Positions 1-11,768 of a DNA stretch of 64,000 nt are shown here, in pieces. The stretch's first letter is position 1. The number at the start of each line of letters is the position of its first letter. The translations under genes and the position numbers were made by a program. The notes under the pieces were generated by a model. It did no database searches and had not been told where the DNA came from. It was given only the letters and a program-made list of their open reading frames with translations. The DNA lies in NCBI RefSeq assembly GCF_056746865.1, contig NZ_CM163382.1. One strand, given 5' to 3'.

Positions 1-1465
1 GAAAAACATGCACGCCCGATTACTGGAACATGCCAGTTTACTCTGGCAGCCTGAAACAACCGATGCCATTCGTGCAGCACATGAGGGGGTGATTGGACAG
101 ATACTGACCATGAATTTGCTCCGTATCCAGGCTTTCTGGAGCCACTATCGTTTTCGCCAGCAAAACGCACGCCTTAATGCGCTGCTCCACCAGCAATTAC
201 GTATGACCAGTGTCATCTCCAGCCTGCGACGTATGTTGCTCAACTGGCCCTCACCGCCATGTGCCACACGAGAAATTCTCGAACAGCTGCTGACGGCGCT
301 CGCCAGTTCGCAAACAGATGTTTACACCGTCGCACGTATTATCGCCCCGCTACGCCCGACCAACGTCGCCGACTACCGGCACGTCGCCTTCTGGCAGCGA
401 CTACGTTATTTTTGCCGCCTTTATCTGCAAAGTAGTCAGGAATTACATCGTCTGCAAAGCGGTGTGGATGATCATACCAGACTCCCACGGACATCCGGCC
501 TGGCTCGTCATACCGATAACGCCGAAGCTATGTGGAGCGGACTGCGTACATTTTGTACGTTGATGATGATTGGCGCATGGAGTATTGCTTCGCAATGGGA
601 TGCCGGTGCCAATGCATTAACGCTGGCAGCAATTAGCTGCGTACTCTACTCCGCCGTCGCAGCACCGTTTAAGTCGTTGTCACTACTGATGCGCACTCTG
701 GTGTTACTTTCGCTATTCAGCTTTGTGGTCAAATTTGGCCTGATGGTCCAGATTAGCGATCTGTGGCAATTTTTACTGTTTCTCTTTCCACTGCTGGCGA
801 CAATGCAGCTTCTTAAATTGCAGATGCCCAAATTTGCCGCACTGTGGGGGCAACTGATTGTTTTTATGGGTTCGTTTATCGCTGTCACTAATCCCCCGGT
901 GTATGATTTTGCTGATTTTCTTAACGATAATCTGGCAAAAATCGTTGGCGTTGCGCTGGCGTGGTTAGCGTTCGCCATTTTGCGTCCAGGGTCGGGTGCT
1001 CGTAAAAGCCGTCGTCATATTCGCGCGCTGCGCCGGGATTTTGTCGATCAGCTAAGCCGCCATCCAACACTGAGTGAAAGCGAATTTGAATCGCTCACTT
1101 ATCATCACGTCAGTCAGTTGAGTAACAGCCAGGATGCGCTGGCTCGCCGTTGGTTATTACGCTGGGGTGTAGTGCTGCTGAACTGTTCTCATGTTGTCTG
1201 GCAATTACGCGACTGGGAATCGCGTTCCGATCCGTTATCACGAGTACGGGATAACTGTATTTCACTGTTGCGCGGAGTGATGAGTGAGCGTGGCGTTCAG
1301 CAAAAATCACTGGCGGCCACACTTGAAGAATTACAGCGGATTTGCGACAGCCTTGCCCGCCATCATCAACCTGCCGCCCGCGAGCTGGCGGCAATTGTCT
1401 GGCGGCTGTACTGCTCGCTTTCGCAACTTGAGCAAGCACCACCGCAAGGTACGCTGGCCTCTTAA
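1..1465 (+). CDS. ydhK: C-terminal part (about 485 aa) of an AaeB/FUSC-family inner membrane efflux protein; the 5' end lies upstream of the window
   Basis: ORF 8..1465 is open to the window edge; hydrophobic membrane segments; matches the K-12 gene order ydhK then sodC on the opposite strand. Confidence 0.8.
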   Translation, partial: KNMHARLLEHASLLWQPETTDAIRAAHEGVIGQILTMNLLRIQAFWSHYRFRQQNARLNALLHQQLRMTSVISSLRRMLLNWPSPPCATREILEQLLTALASSQTDVYTVARIIAPLRPTNVADYRHVAFWQRLRYFCRLYLQSSQELHRLQSGVDDHTRLPRTSGLARHTDNAEAMWSGLRTFCTLMMIGAWSIASQWDAGANALTLAAISCVLYSAVAAPFKSLSLLMRTLVLLSLFSFVVKFGLMVQISDLWQFLLFLFPLLATMQLLKLQMPKFAALWGQLIVFMGSFIAVTNPPVYDFADFLNDNLAKIVGVALAWLAFAILRPGSGARKSRRHIRALRRDFVDQLSRHPTLSESEFESLTYHHVSQLSNSQDALARRWLLRWGVVLLNCSHVVWQLRDWESRSDPLSRVRDNCISLLRGVMSERGVQQKSLAATLEELQRICDSLARHHQPAARELAAIVWRLYCSLSQLEQAPPQGTLAS

Positions 1466-1987
1466 TTACTTAATCACACCACAGGCATAGCGTTCACCGC
1501 CACCGCCCAGCGGTTTAGGTTGATCGGACATATTATCGCCGCCAACGTGGACCATCAGCGCTTTGTCTTTGATTTCATCCAGTGATTTCAGACGAGGCGC
1601 GATGACGGCATCGGTAGCTTTGCCGTCATTATTGACGACCAGTGCAGGCAGATCGCCTAAATGCCCGGCACCTTCTGGGCCTTCATGTTTACCGGTATTT
1701 TGTGGATCAAGATGCCCGCCTGCGGATTCCGCGGCGCTGGCTTTGCCATCTTTGGTGGCTGGCTGGCAGCTTCCTTTGGCATGAATATGGAAGCCATGTT
1801 CACCGGGGGGTAATGCTTTCAGGTCGGGCGAAAACTCCAGACCTTTATCGGTTTCAGTAATGGTGACGCTACCAATTGACTGCCCAACCCCTTGCGACGT
1901 GACGAGGTTCATCTCGACTTTTTCACTGGCAGCTTGTGCGCCGGTCGCAACAACCAGCGCCAGAATGGCCAGACTAAAACGTTTCAT
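1466..1987 (-). CDS. sodC: Periplasmic Cu/Zn superoxide dismutase
   Basis: ORF 1466..2038; start chosen at internal ATG 1985-1987 (MKRFSLAILALVVATGAQA signal peptide) with GGAGGT RBS; Cu/Zn SOD motifs (GFHIHAKGSC, GGGGERYACGVI); 173 aa. Confidence 0.93.
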   Translation of the reverse strand: MKRFSLAILALVVATGAQAASEKVEMNLVTSQGVGQSIGSVTITETDKGLEFSPDLKALPPGEHGFHIHAKGSCQPATKDGKASAAESAGGHLDPQNTGKHEGPEGAGHLGDLPALVVNNDGKATDAVIAPRLKSLDEIKDKALMVHVGGDNMSDQPKPLGGGGERYACGVIK

Positions 1988-2067
1988 AGGACCTCCGTTC
2001 ATTGTGCATTCCTGAATAAGTGTAAACCAGTGACACATTTTTGAACGGCGGCTATTCCTAAAAGTGC

Positions 2068-2964
2068 TTACGGTACGTCGTAACCCAGTGCCGCTTTACG
2101 GATACGAAACCATTGTTGACGGGTCATTTTCAGTGTTTCTGCTTCGACAGCTGCCCGTACGCGCTCAATTTTACCTGAGCCGATAATTGGCAGCGGCTGC
2201 GACGGTAAACGTAATACCCAGGCGTAAACCACCTGTTCAATCGAGCCCGCGTTTAACTCCTCTGCCACCACAGCCAGTTCATCACGCAGCGGCTGGAAAT
2301 AATCATCATTAAACAGACGACCACCACCAAGGCAGGACCACGCCATCGGACGAACACGCAGTTGTTGCAGTTGGTCGAGCGTACCATCCAGCAGTAACGG
2401 CTGATGTACCGGGGATATTTCCACCTGATTAGTGGCAAGGGTAAACGGCAGGCGTGATTGCAAAAGCGCAAATTGCGCAGGCGTAAAGTTCGATACGCCA
2501 AAATGGCGCACTTTGCCGCTCTGATGCAGATGTTTAAACGCGTCCGCCACTTCATCGGCATCCATTAACGGGTCTGGTCGGTGGATTAACAGCAGATCCA
2601 GATGATCGGTCGCGAGATTAATTAGCGACTGTTCGGCGCTCTTAATGATGTGATCGCGGTCAGTGATGTAATGACCAATGACGTTTTCTTCACGCGTGGT
2701 CGTCGCGATACCGCATTTACTGACGATTTCCATCCGTTCACGCAGATGAGGTGCAAGTTTCAGCGCCTCGCCAAACGCCGCTTCGCACTGATAGCCACCA
2801 TAAATATCAGCATGGTCCACGGTGGTCACGCCGAGATCCAGATGCTCTTCAATAAAACTGACCAGCTGGCGGGCGGACATATTCCAGTCCATCAATCGCC
2901 AGTAGCCCATCACAAAACGGGAAAACTCCGGGCCTTGCGGCGCAATAGTAATACGCTGAACCAT
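2068..2964 (-). CDS. ydhF: Aldo-keto reductase family oxidoreductase
   Basis: 298-aa ORF, recognised as K-12 YdhF. Confidence 0.9.
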   Translation of the reverse strand: MVQRITIAPQGPEFSRFVMGYWRLMDWNMSARQLVSFIEEHLDLGVTTVDHADIYGGYQCEAAFGEALKLAPHLRERMEIVSKCGIATTTREENVIGHYITDRDHIIKSAEQSLINLATDHLDLLLIHRPDPLMDADEVADAFKHLHQSGKVRHFGVSNFTPAQFALLQSRLPFTLATNQVEISPVHQPLLLDGTLDQLQQLRVRPMAWSCLGGGRLFNDDYFQPLRDELAVVAEELNAGSIEQVVYAWVLRLPSQPLPIIGSGKIERVRAAVEAETLKMTRQQWFRIRKAALGYDVP

Positions 2965-3012
2965 AATCGCTTCCTCTTATCAGATATGAGAGGAGTATAC
3001 GCAAGATTAGGC

Positions 3013-3252
3013 TCAAAAGAGTGATGGTTGCTCCGGTTCGTCTGATGACGCTGGCTTATTTGCGCGTAATTTGCGCATTAATCGCTGCCGACAAAGGCGC
3101 AGCACCTCTTGTTTTTCGCCATCGCTCATTTTATTCCAGTTAAAACGCTCATCCCGACTACGAAAACAGCCGCGACAAAACCCGCGTTCGTCAGACTGGC
3201 AAATTCCCCGGCACGGGCTCTGGACGGGAAAGAACTCTAATTGCTCCGCCAC
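3013..3252 (-). CDS. ydhL: DUF1289 small Cys-rich protein
   Basis: 79-aa ORF with CxxC motifs (CRGICQSD, CRGCFRSRDE), recognised as YdhL. Confidence 0.85.
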   Translation of the reverse strand: MAEQLEFFPVQSPCRGICQSDERGFCRGCFRSRDERFNWNKMSDGEKQEVLRLCRQRLMRKLRANKPASSDEPEQPSLF

Positions 3253-3355
3253 TTCGCCCTCCTCAAAATAAGATTATTACCATTATTGAAGCTGTTAATG
3301 CCCAAAGTAGCAACTTTGCTTGCACTAGACCGACTGGTCTACTACACTCCAACGC

Positions 3356-3955
3356 ATGAACAAACACACCGAACATGATACTCGCGAACATCTCCTGGCA
3401 ACGGGCGAGCAACTTTGCCTGCAACGTGGATTCACCGGGATGGGGCTAAGCGAATTACTAAAAACCGCTGAAGTGCCGAAAGGGTCCTTCTATCACTACT
3501 TTCGCTCTAAAGAAGCGTTTGGCGTTGCCATGCTTGAGCGCCATTACGCCGCATATCACCAGCGACTGACTGAGTTGCTGCAATCCGGCGAAGGTAACTA
3601 CCGCGACCGCATACTGGCTTATTACCAGCAAACACTGAACCAGTTTTGCCAACATGGAACCATCAGTGGTTGCCTGACAGTAAAACTCTCTGCCGAAGTG
3701 TGCGATCTGTCAGAAGATATGCGTAGCGCGATGGATAAAGGCGCTCGCGGCGTGATCGTTCTGCTCTCGCAGGCGCTGGAAAATGGCCGTGATAGCCATT
3801 GTTTAACCTTTTGTGGCGAACCGCTGCAACAGGCACAAGTGCTTTACGCACTATGGCTGGGTGCGAATCTGCAGGCCAAAATTTCGCGCAATTCCGAGCC
3901 ACTGGAAAACGCGCTGGCACATGTAAAAACCATTATTGCGACGCCTGCCGTTTAG
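3356..3955 (+). CDS. nemR: TetR-family electrophile-sensing repressor NemR
   Basis: 199-aa ORF with N-terminal TetR HTH; immediately upstream of nemA. Confidence 0.93.
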   Translation: MNKHTEHDTREHLLATGEQLCLQRGFTGMGLSELLKTAEVPKGSFYHYFRSKEAFGVAMLERHYAAYHQRLTELLQSGEGNYRDRILAYYQQTLNQFCQHGTISGCLTVKLSAEVCDLSEDMRSAMDKGARGVIVLLSQALENGRDSHCLTFCGEPLQQAQVLYALWLGANLQAKISRNSEPLENALAHVKTIIATPAV

Positions 3956-3991
3956 CAGGCATTTTTTATCACCAGACGACCGGGAGCCTTT

Positions 3992-5089
3992 ATGTCATCT
4001 GAAAAACTGTATTCCCCACTGAAAGTGGGCGCGATCACGGCGGCAAACCGTATTTTTATGGCACCGCTGACGCGTCTGCGCAGTATTGAACCGGGTGACA
4101 TCCCTACCCCGTTGATGGCGGAATACTATCGCCAACGTGCCAGTGCCGGTTTGATTATTAGCGAAGCCACGCAAATTTCTGCCCAGGCAAAAGGGTATGC
4201 TGGTGCACCTGGCATCCATAGTCCGGAACAAATTGCCGCATGGAAAAAAATTACCGCTGGCGTTCATGCTGAAAATGGTCATATGGCCGTACAGCTGTGG
4301 CACACCGGACGCATTTCTCACGCCAGCCTGCAACCTGGCGGTCAGGCACCGGTAGCGCCTTCCGCACTTAGCGCGGGAACACGTACTTCTCTGCGCGATG
4401 AAAATGGTCAGGCGATCCGTGTTGAAACATCCATGCCGCGTGCGCTTGAACTGGAAGAGATTCCGGGTATCGTCAATGATTTCCGTCAGGCCATTGCTAA
4501 CGCGCGTGAAGCCGGTTTTGATCTGGTAGAGCTCCACTCTGCTCATGGTTATTTGCTGCATCAGTTCCTTTCTCCTTCTTCAAACCATCGTACCGATCAG
4601 TACGGCGGCAGCGTGGAAAATCGCGCACGTCTGGTGCTGGAAGTGGTCGATGCAGGGATTGAAGAATGGGGTGCCGATCGCATTGGCATTCGCGTTTCGC
4701 CAATCGGTACTTTCCAGAACACAGATAACGGCCCGAATGAAGAAGCCGATGCACTGTATCTGATTGAACAACTGGGTAAACGCGGCATTGCTTATCTGCA
4801 TATGTCAGAACCAGATTGGGCGGGGGGTGAACCGTATACTGATGCGTTCCGCGAAAAAGTACGCGCCCGTTTCCACGGTCCGATTATCGGCGCAGGTGCA
4901 TACACGGTAGAAAAAGCCGAAACGCTGATCGGCAAAGGGTTAATTGATGCGGTGGCATTTGGTCGTGACTGGATTGCGAACCCGGATCTGGTCGCCCGCT
5001 TGCAACGCAAAGCTGAGCTTAACCCACAGCGTGCCGAAAGTTTCTATGGAGGCGGTGCGGAAGGCTACACGGATTACCCGACGCTGTAA
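3992..5089 (+). CDS. nemA: N-ethylmaleimide reductase (Old Yellow Enzyme family, FMN)
   Basis: 365-aa ORF, OYE-type TIM barrel sequence. Confidence 0.95.
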
Positions 5090-5169
5090 TCCAACATTGC
5101 GAGCGGCGTAAAGCCGCCGCTATACTAAAACAACATTTTGAATCTGTTAGCCATTTTGAGGATATAAAG

Positions 5170-5577
5170 ATGCGTCTTCTTCATACCATGCTGCGCGTTG
5201 GCGATTTGCAACGCTCCATCGATTTTTATACCAAAGTGCTGGGCATGAAACTGCTGCGTACCAGCGAAAACCCGGAATACAAATACTCACTGGCGTTTGT
5301 TGGCTACGGCCCGGAAACCGAAGAAGCGGTGATTGAACTGACCTACAACTGGGGCGTGGATAAATACGAACTCGGCACTGCTTATGGTCACATCGCGCTT
5401 AGCGTTGATAACGCCGCTGAAGCGTGCGAAAAAATCCGTCAAAACGGGGGTAACGTCACCCGTGAAGCGGGTCCGGTAAAAGGCGGTACTACGGTTATCG
5501 CGTTTGTGGAAGATCCGGACGGTTACAAAATTGAATTAATCGAAGAGAAAGACGCCGGTCGCGGTCTGGGCAACTAA
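5170..5577 (+). CDS. gloA: Glyoxalase I (lactoylglutathione lyase)
   Basis: 135-aa [23 protein letters not shown]..., recognised as GloA. Confidence 0.96.
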
Positions 5578-5679
5578 TCTCCTGCCGGGCGTGAACTCAT
5601 CGCGCCCGCATCTTTACTGCATCGACAAGTAATATTTGTCATAATGCGCGCTGCAATTTATCCGTATTAAGAGAATCAG

Positions 5680-6327
5680 ATGTCCGATAACGCTCAACTT
5701 ACCGGTCTGTGCGACCGTTTTCGTGGTTTTTATCCTGTTGTGATCGATGTTGAAACAGCCGGATTTAACGCCAAAACCGATGCGCTGCTTGAGATTGCCG
5801 CCATCACCCTGAAAATGGATGAACAAGGCTGGCTGATGCCGGACACCACATTACATTTCCACGTCGAACCATTTGTCGGCGCAAATTTGCAGCCAGAGGC
5901 CCTCGCCTTCAACGGCATTGACCCGAACGATCCCGATCGCGGCGCGGTCAGCGAATACGAGGCGCTGCACGAAATTTTTAAAGTTGTGCGTAAAGGTATT
6001 AAAGCGAGCGGTTGTAACCGCGCCATTATGGTGGCGCACAACGCCAATTTCGATCACAGCTTTATGATGGCCGCCGCAGAACGCGCCTCACTGAAACGTA
6101 ACCCGTTCCACCCTTTCGCCACTTTTGACACTGCTGCACTGGCCGGGCTGGCACTCGGACAAACCGTATTGTCAAAGGCTTGCCAGACCGCTGGCATGGA
6201 CTTCGACAGCACCCAGGCGCACTCCGCGCTGTACGACACCGAACGCACTGCTGTGCTGTTTTGTGAAATCGTCAACCGCTGGAAACGTCTGGGAGGTTGG
6301 CCGCTACCTGCCGCCGAAGAAGTGTAA
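5680..6327 (+). CDS. rnt: Ribonuclease T (DEDDh 3'-5' exoribonuclease)
   Basis: 215-aa ORF with exonuclease motif [10 protein letters not shown]. Confidence 0.95.
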
Positions 6328-6419
6328 TCGAGTCGATGCCTGATGACATGCAATGATTCAGGCATCTATAGTGAGGCTATTCCACGCATCATGCATGATA
6401 TTCACGGGGAATAGCGTTA

Positions 6420-9400
6420 ATGGCAGATAATCCAAACCTTTCATCGCCCCTGCCGGACGTGTTTTCACCGGCAACCCGCGACTGGTTTCTTCGCGCCTTT
6501 AAACAGCCGACCGCTGTCCAGTCGCAAACCTGGCATGTGGCGGCGCGAGGCGAACATGCGCTGGTGATTGCACCGACTGGCTCCGGGAAAACGCTGGCAG
6601 CATTTCTCTACGCCCTCGATCAGCTCTTCCGCGAAGGCGGCGAAGATACCCGCGAGGCGCATAAACGTAAAACCTCACGCATCCTCTATATTTCACCGAT
6701 AAAAGCCCTTGGCACCGACGTTCAGCGCAACTTGCAGATCCCGTTACAGGGTATTGCCGATGAACGGCGGCGGCGCGGCGAAACGGAAGTCAATCTTCGC
6801 GTGGGGATCCGTACTGGCGATACGCCTGCACAGGAACGCAGCAAACTCACCCGTAATCCGCCGGATATTCTGATCACCACACCCGAATCACTCTATCTGA
6901 TGCTGACCTCCCGCGCGCGCGAAACGCTACGCGGCGTCGAAACGGTAATTATTGATGAAGTCCACGCGGTAGCAGGCAGTAAACGTGGTGCGCATCTGGC
7001 GTTAAGTCTGGAGCGGCTCGATGCGCTGCTCCACACCTCAGCACAGCGAATTGGCCTTTCTGCCACTGTGCGTTCAGCCAGCGATGTGGCAGCATTTCTT
7101 GGCGGCGATCGCCCGGTTACGGTAGTCAACCCGCCCGCAATGCGCCATCCGCAGATACGGATTGTCGTACCGGTCGCCAATATGGATGATGTCTCATCGG
7201 TCGCCAGCGGCACTGGCGAAGACAGCCATGCTGGCCGGGAAGGCTCCATCTGGCCATATATTGAAACGGGTATCCTTGATGAAGTGTTGCGCCATCGCTC
7301 GACCATTGTCTTTACTAATTCGCGGGGACTGGCGGAAAAACTGACGGCACGATTAAATGAGCTTTACGCCGCACGCTTACAGCGTTCCCCGTCTATCGCC
7401 GTTGATGCGGCCCATTTCGAGTCGACCTCCGGCGCAACCTCTAACCGTGTACAAAGTAGCGACATTTTTATTGCCCGCTCACACCACGGCTCCGTCTCTA
7501 AAGAACAACGAGCAATCACCGAACAGGCGCTGAAATCGGGTGAATTACGCTGTGTGGTCGCAACCTCCAGTCTCGAACTGGGGATTGATATGGGCGCGGT
7601 GGATCTGGTGATTCAGGTGGCAACGCCGCTTTCTGTTGCCAGTGGGTTACAACGCATTGGACGTGCCGGACACCAGGTAGGAGGTATCTCCAAAGGGCTG
7701 TTTTTCCCCCGAACCCGGCGTGACTTAGTCGATTCCGCAGTCATTGTAGAGTGTATGTTCGCAGGCAGGCTGGAAAACCTGACACCACCGCATAATCCAC
7801 TCGACGTCCTTGCGCAGCAAACCGTTGCCGCCGCGGCGATGGATGCATTACAGGTAGACGAATGGTACTCCCGCGTACGCCGTGCCGCACCGTGGAAAGA
7901 TCTGCCAAGACGTGTTTTTGACGCCACGCTGGATATGCTTTCCGGGCGCTATCCCTCTGGCGATTTTTCTGCTTTTCGCCCCAAACTGGTCTGGAACCGG
8001 GAGACCGGGATATTGACCGCCCGACCTGGCGCTCAGCTGTTGGCGGTTACCAGCGGTGGCACCATTCCGGATCGTGGCATGTATAGCGTGTTATTACCCG
8101 AAGGTGAAGAACAGGCCGGTTCGCGGCGGGTGGGTGAACTGGATGAGGAGATGGTATATGAGTCGCGGGTGAACGACATTATCACTCTCGGCGCTACCTC
8201 ATGGCGGATCCAGCAAATCACCCGCGATCAGGTGATTGTGACTCCTGCTCCGGGTCGTTCTGCCCGGCTCCCCTTCTGGCGTGGTGAAGGTAACGGACGT
8301 CCGGCAGAATTAGGCGAGATGATCGGCGATTTTCTCCATTTACTGGCGGATGGCGCGTTCTTTTCCGGGACTATTCCCCCGTGGTTGGCAGAAGAAAATA
8401 CGATCGCCAATATTCAGGGGTTGATTGACGAGCAGCGCAACGCGACGGGCATCGTTCCGGGGAGTCGTCATCTGGTCCTCGAACGGTGCCGTGATGAAAT
8501 TGGTGACTGGCGTATTATTTTGCACTCTCCCTATGGAAGACGGGTGCATGAACCCTGGGCGCTGGCGATTGCCGGGCGAATACATGCACTATGGGGCGCT
8601 GACGCGTCTGTGGTTGCCAGTGATGACGGCATTGTTGCGCGCATTCCTGACACCGATGGTAAATTGCCCGATGCCGCGATTTTTTTGTTTGAACCAGAAA
8701 AGTTGCTGCAAATTGTCCGCGAGGCGGTAGGCAGCTCGGCACTTTTCGCCGCCCGTTTTCGCGAATGCGCCGCGCGGGCATTATTAATGCCGGGCCGCAC
8801 GCCGGGCCATCGCACCCCGCTCTGGCAACAACGGCTGCGCGCCAGTCAGTTGCTGGAAATCGCTCAGGGATATCCAGATTTTCCGGTCATTCTCGAAACC
8901 CTACGCGAATGTCTGCAAGATGTTTATGATCTTCCCGCGCTGGAACGTTTGATGCGTCGCCTGAACGGTGGCGAAATTCAAATATCCGATGTAACGACCA
9001 CTACGCCTTCGCCTTTCGCTGCCAGTTTATTGTTCGGCTATGTCGCGGAATTTATGTACCAGAGCGACGCCCCGCTGGCAGAGCGCCGGGCATCCGTACT
9101 GTCGCTGGACAGCGAGTTACTGCGCAATCTACTCGGACAGGTCGATCCGGGGGAATTACTCGACCCACAGGTCATTCGCCAGGTGGAAGAAGAGTTGCAA
9201 CGACTGGCTCCTGGCAGAAGAGCGAAAGGTGAAGAAGGATTGTTCGACCTGCTGCGCGAACTGGGGCCAATGACCGTTGAAGACCTGGCGCAACGGCATA
9301 CAGGCAGCAGTGGAGAGATTGCGTCGTATCTGGAAAATCTTCTTGCAGTAAAACGAATCTTCCCGACGATGATTAGCGGGCAGGAGCGTCTTGCCTGTAT

Positions 9401-11036
9401 GGATGATGCCGCCAGGCTGCGCGATGCCCTCGGCGTACGACTACCAGAGTCACTGCCAGAGATTTATTTGCACCGAGTCAGTTACCCGCTTCGCGACCTC
9501 TTTCTGCGCTATCTCCGGGCTCATGCTCTGGTCACGTCTGAACAACTGGCTCATGAGTTTAGTCTCGGTATTGCCATTGTCGAAGAGCAACTTCAGCAAC
9601 TGCGCGAACAGGGGCTGGTGATGAATCTGCAACAAGACATCTGGGTGAGCGATGAAGTATTTCGTCGTCTGCGTTTGCGCTCGCTGCAAGCCGCCAGAGA
9701 AGCGACACGTCCCGTTGCGGCCACGACCTATGCGCGATTGCTGCTGGAACGTCAGGGCGTATTACCCGCCACCGATGGTAGCCCGGCACTCTTTGCCTCA
9801 ACATCACCAGGCGTTTATGAGGGCGTGGATGGCGTCATGCGGGTGATCGAACAGCTTGCCGGAGTCGGTTTACCCGCCTCACTCTGGGAAAGCCAGATCC
9901 TGCCTGCCCGCGTACGCGACTATTCGCCAGAAATGCTCGATGAATTACTGGCAACCGGTGCGGTTATCTGGTCGGGGCAAAAAAAGCTGGGTGAAGATGA
10001 CGGTCTGGTGGCACTGCATCTACAGGAATATGCCGCAGAATCGTTCACTTCCGCCGAAGCGGATCAGGCGAATCGTTCGGCGCTGCAGCAAGCGATAATC
10101 GCTGTTCTGGCTGACGGAGGAGCCTGGTTTGCACAACAAATCAGCCAACGGATACGCGATAAAATCGGCGAATCGGTTGATCCCTCGGCACTGCAAGAGG
10201 CGTTATGGGCGCTGGTCTGGCAAGGCGTCATCACCAGCGATATTTGGGCACCGTTACGCGCTCTCACCCGCAGCAGTTCCAACGCACGCACCTCAACTCG
10301 CCGCAGTCACCGGGCTCGTCGTGGGCGTCCTGTCTATGCACAACCCGTCTCGCCGCGGGTATCTTACAACACACCAAATCTTGCTGGACGCTGGTCGTTA
10401 TTGCAGGTGGAGCCACTAAACGATACCGAAAGGATGCTGGCGCTGGCGGAAAATATGCTCGACCGCTACGGCATCATCAGTCGTCAGGCGGTGATAGCCG
10501 AAAATATCCCTGGCGGGTTTCCATCGATGCAAACGCTTTGTCGAAGTATGGAAGACTCCGGGCGAATTATGCGAGGTCGTTTTGTAGAAGGTCTGGGGGG
10601 TGCGCAATTCGCTGAACGTCTGACTATTGACCGATTGCGCGATCTGGCGACACAAGCCACGCAAACGCGCCACTATACACCAGTGGCGCTCTCCGCCAAC
10701 GATCCGGCTAATGTGTGGGGAAATCTTCTGCCCTGGCCTGCACATCCGGCAACGCTGGTTCCAACGCGTCGGGCGGGTGCGCTGGTGGTCGTTTCTGGCG
10801 GCAAATTGTTACTCTATCTGGCGCAAGGCGGCAAAAAAATGCTGGTCTGGCAGGAAAAAGATGAATTACTCGCCCCAGAGATTTTCCAGGCGCTGACCAC
10901 CGCACTGCGTCGCGAACCACGGCTGCGCTTTACGCTAACAGAAGTGAATGATCTACCGGTCCGGCAAACGCCGATGTTTACGCTGCTGCGTGAGGCGGGA
11001 TTTTCAAGTTCGCCACAAGGGCTGGATTGGGGATAG
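6420..11036 (+). CDS. lhr: ATP-dependent helicase Lhr (large helicase-related, superfamily 2)
   Basis: 1538-aa ORF; Walker A APTGSGKT, DEVH box, helicase C motifs. Confidence 0.95.
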   Translation: MADNPNLSSPLPDVFSPATRDWFLRAFKQPTAVQSQTWHVAARGEHALVIAPTGSGKTLAAFLYALDQLFREGGEDTREAHKRKTSRILYISPIKALGTDVQRNLQIPLQGIADERRRRGETEVNLRVGIRTGDTPAQERSKLTRNPPDILITTPESLYLMLTSRARETLRGVETVIIDEVHAVAGSKRGAHLALSLERLDALLHTSAQRIGLSATVRSASDVAAFLGGDRPVTVVNPPAMRHPQIRIVVPVANMDDVSSVASGTGEDSHAGREGSIWPYIETGILDEVLRHRSTIVFTNSRGLAEKLTARLNELYAARLQRSPSIAVDAAHFESTSGATSNRVQSSDIFIARSHHGSVSKEQRAITEQALKSGELRCVVATSSLELGIDMGAVDLVIQVATPLSVASGLQRIGRAGHQVGGISKGLFFPRTRRDLVDSAVIVECMFAGRLENLTPPHNPLDVLAQQTVAAAAMDALQVDEWYSRVRRAAPWKDLPRRVFDATLDMLSGRYPSGDFSAFRPKLVWNRETGILTARPGAQLLAVTSGGTIPDRGMYSVLLPEGEEQAGSRRVGELDEEMVYESRVNDIITLGATSWRIQQITRDQVIVTPAPGRSARLPFWRGEGNGRPAELGEMIGDFLHLLADGAFFSGTIPPWLAEENTIANIQGLIDEQRNATGIVPGSRHLVLERCRDEIGDWRIILHSPYGRRVHEPWALAIAGRIHALWGADASVVASDDGIVARIPDTDGKLPDAAIFLFEPEKLLQIVREAVGSSALFAARFRECAARALLMPGRTPGHRTPLWQQRLRASQLLEIAQGYPDFPVILETLRECLQDVYDLPALERLMRRLNGGEIQISDVTTTTPSPFAASLLFGYVAEFMYQSDAPLAERRASVLSLDSELLRNLLGQVDPGELLDPQVIRQVEEELQRLAPGRRAKGEEGLFDLLRELGPMTVEDLAQRHTGSSGEIASYLENLLAVKRIFPTMISGQERLACMDDAARLRDALGVRLPESLPEIYLHRVSYPLRDLFLRYLRAHALVTSEQLAHEFSLGIAIVEEQLQQLREQGLVMNLQQDIWVSDEVFRRLRLRSLQAAREATRPVAATTYARLLLERQGVLPATDGSPALFASTSPGVYEGVDGVMRVIEQLAGVGLPASLWESQILPARVRDYSPEMLDELLATGAVIWSGQKKLGEDDGLVALHLQEYAAESFTSAEADQANRSALQQAIIAVLADGGAWFAQQISQRIRDKIGESVDPSALQEALWALVWQGVITSDIWAPLRALTRSSSNARTSTRRSHRARRGRPVYAQPVSPRVSYNTPNLAGRWSLLQVEPLNDTERMLALAENMLDRYGIISRQAVIAENIPGGFPSMQTLCRSMEDSGRIMRGRFVEGLGGAQFAERLTIDRLRDLATQATQTRHYTPVALSANDPANVWGNLLPWPAHPATLVPTRRAGALVVVSGGKLLLYLAQGGKKMLVWQEKDELLAPEIFQALTTALRREPRLRFTLTEVNDLPVRQTPMFTLLREAGFSSSPQGLDWG

Positions 11037-11044
11037 ATAAAGAA

Positions 11045-11072
11045 CTGACGGATGCCCGTTCGCATCCGTCAG
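11045..11072. terminator. Inverted repeat between convergent lhr and grxD (possible bidirectional terminator)
   Basis: CTGACGGATGC / GCATCCGTCAG 11-bp stem with 6-nt loop; no strong U-run on either strand. Confidence 0.35.
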
Positions 11073-11086
11073 TACTGCAGGACGGA

Positions 11087-11434
11087 TTATTCCGCGTCCG
11101 GCTCTTCAGACTTGTATTTAGCGGCAGTTTCTTTGATCAGCTGCTGCAGTTCGCCACGCTGATACATTTCGATCACGATATCACAACCGCCGACCAGCTC
11201 GCCGTCAACCCACAGTTGCGGGAAGGTCGGCCAGTTAGCATATTTCGGCAGTTCCGCACGAATGTCCGGATTCTGCAGAATATCAACATAGGCAAAACGT
11301 TCGCCACATGCGGCAAGCGCCTGGACTGCCTGGGCAGAGAAACCGCAGCTCGGCAGTTTCGGTGAACCTTTCATGTACAGCAGGATCGGGTTTTCAGCAA
11401 TCTGGCGTTGGATTTTTTCGATAGTGGTGCTCAT
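11087..11434 (-). CDS. grxD: Monothiol glutaredoxin Grx4
   Basis: 115-aa ORF with CGFS active site (PSCGFSAQ). Confidence 0.95.
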   Translation of the reverse strand: MSTTIEKIQRQIAENPILLYMKGSPKLPSCGFSAQAVQALAACGERFAYVDILQNPDIRAELPKYANWPTFPQLWVDGELVGGCDIVIEMYQRGELQQLIKETAAKYKSEEPDAE

Positions 11435-11768
11435 TGTCTTGCTTCCTCAAACTTCTTTACGGCAGTAATCTGACATTGTAGCGGGTCAGTGCGGCATCGG
11501 AAAATAACATTTTCATCACGCTTTTGCTATTTTATCCCTTTGCTCTATTTGTTGCATTTCAAATATTCGTTTCTTCCCTGACGCAAGGCAAACTGGCGTA
11601 TTTATGACCATTTTTAGCTTTCACTGCTGCATTTTTTTGCGCTCGCCGACGAAACGTATTTTTTAACAATAAAAGCTATTAACTTTCTCTTCTTCTATGC
11701 ATTAGAATCATCAAGTTTTGTAAATCAGACGCAGGCATGATAGACCTGCCTTAACAGAGGGACGCTCA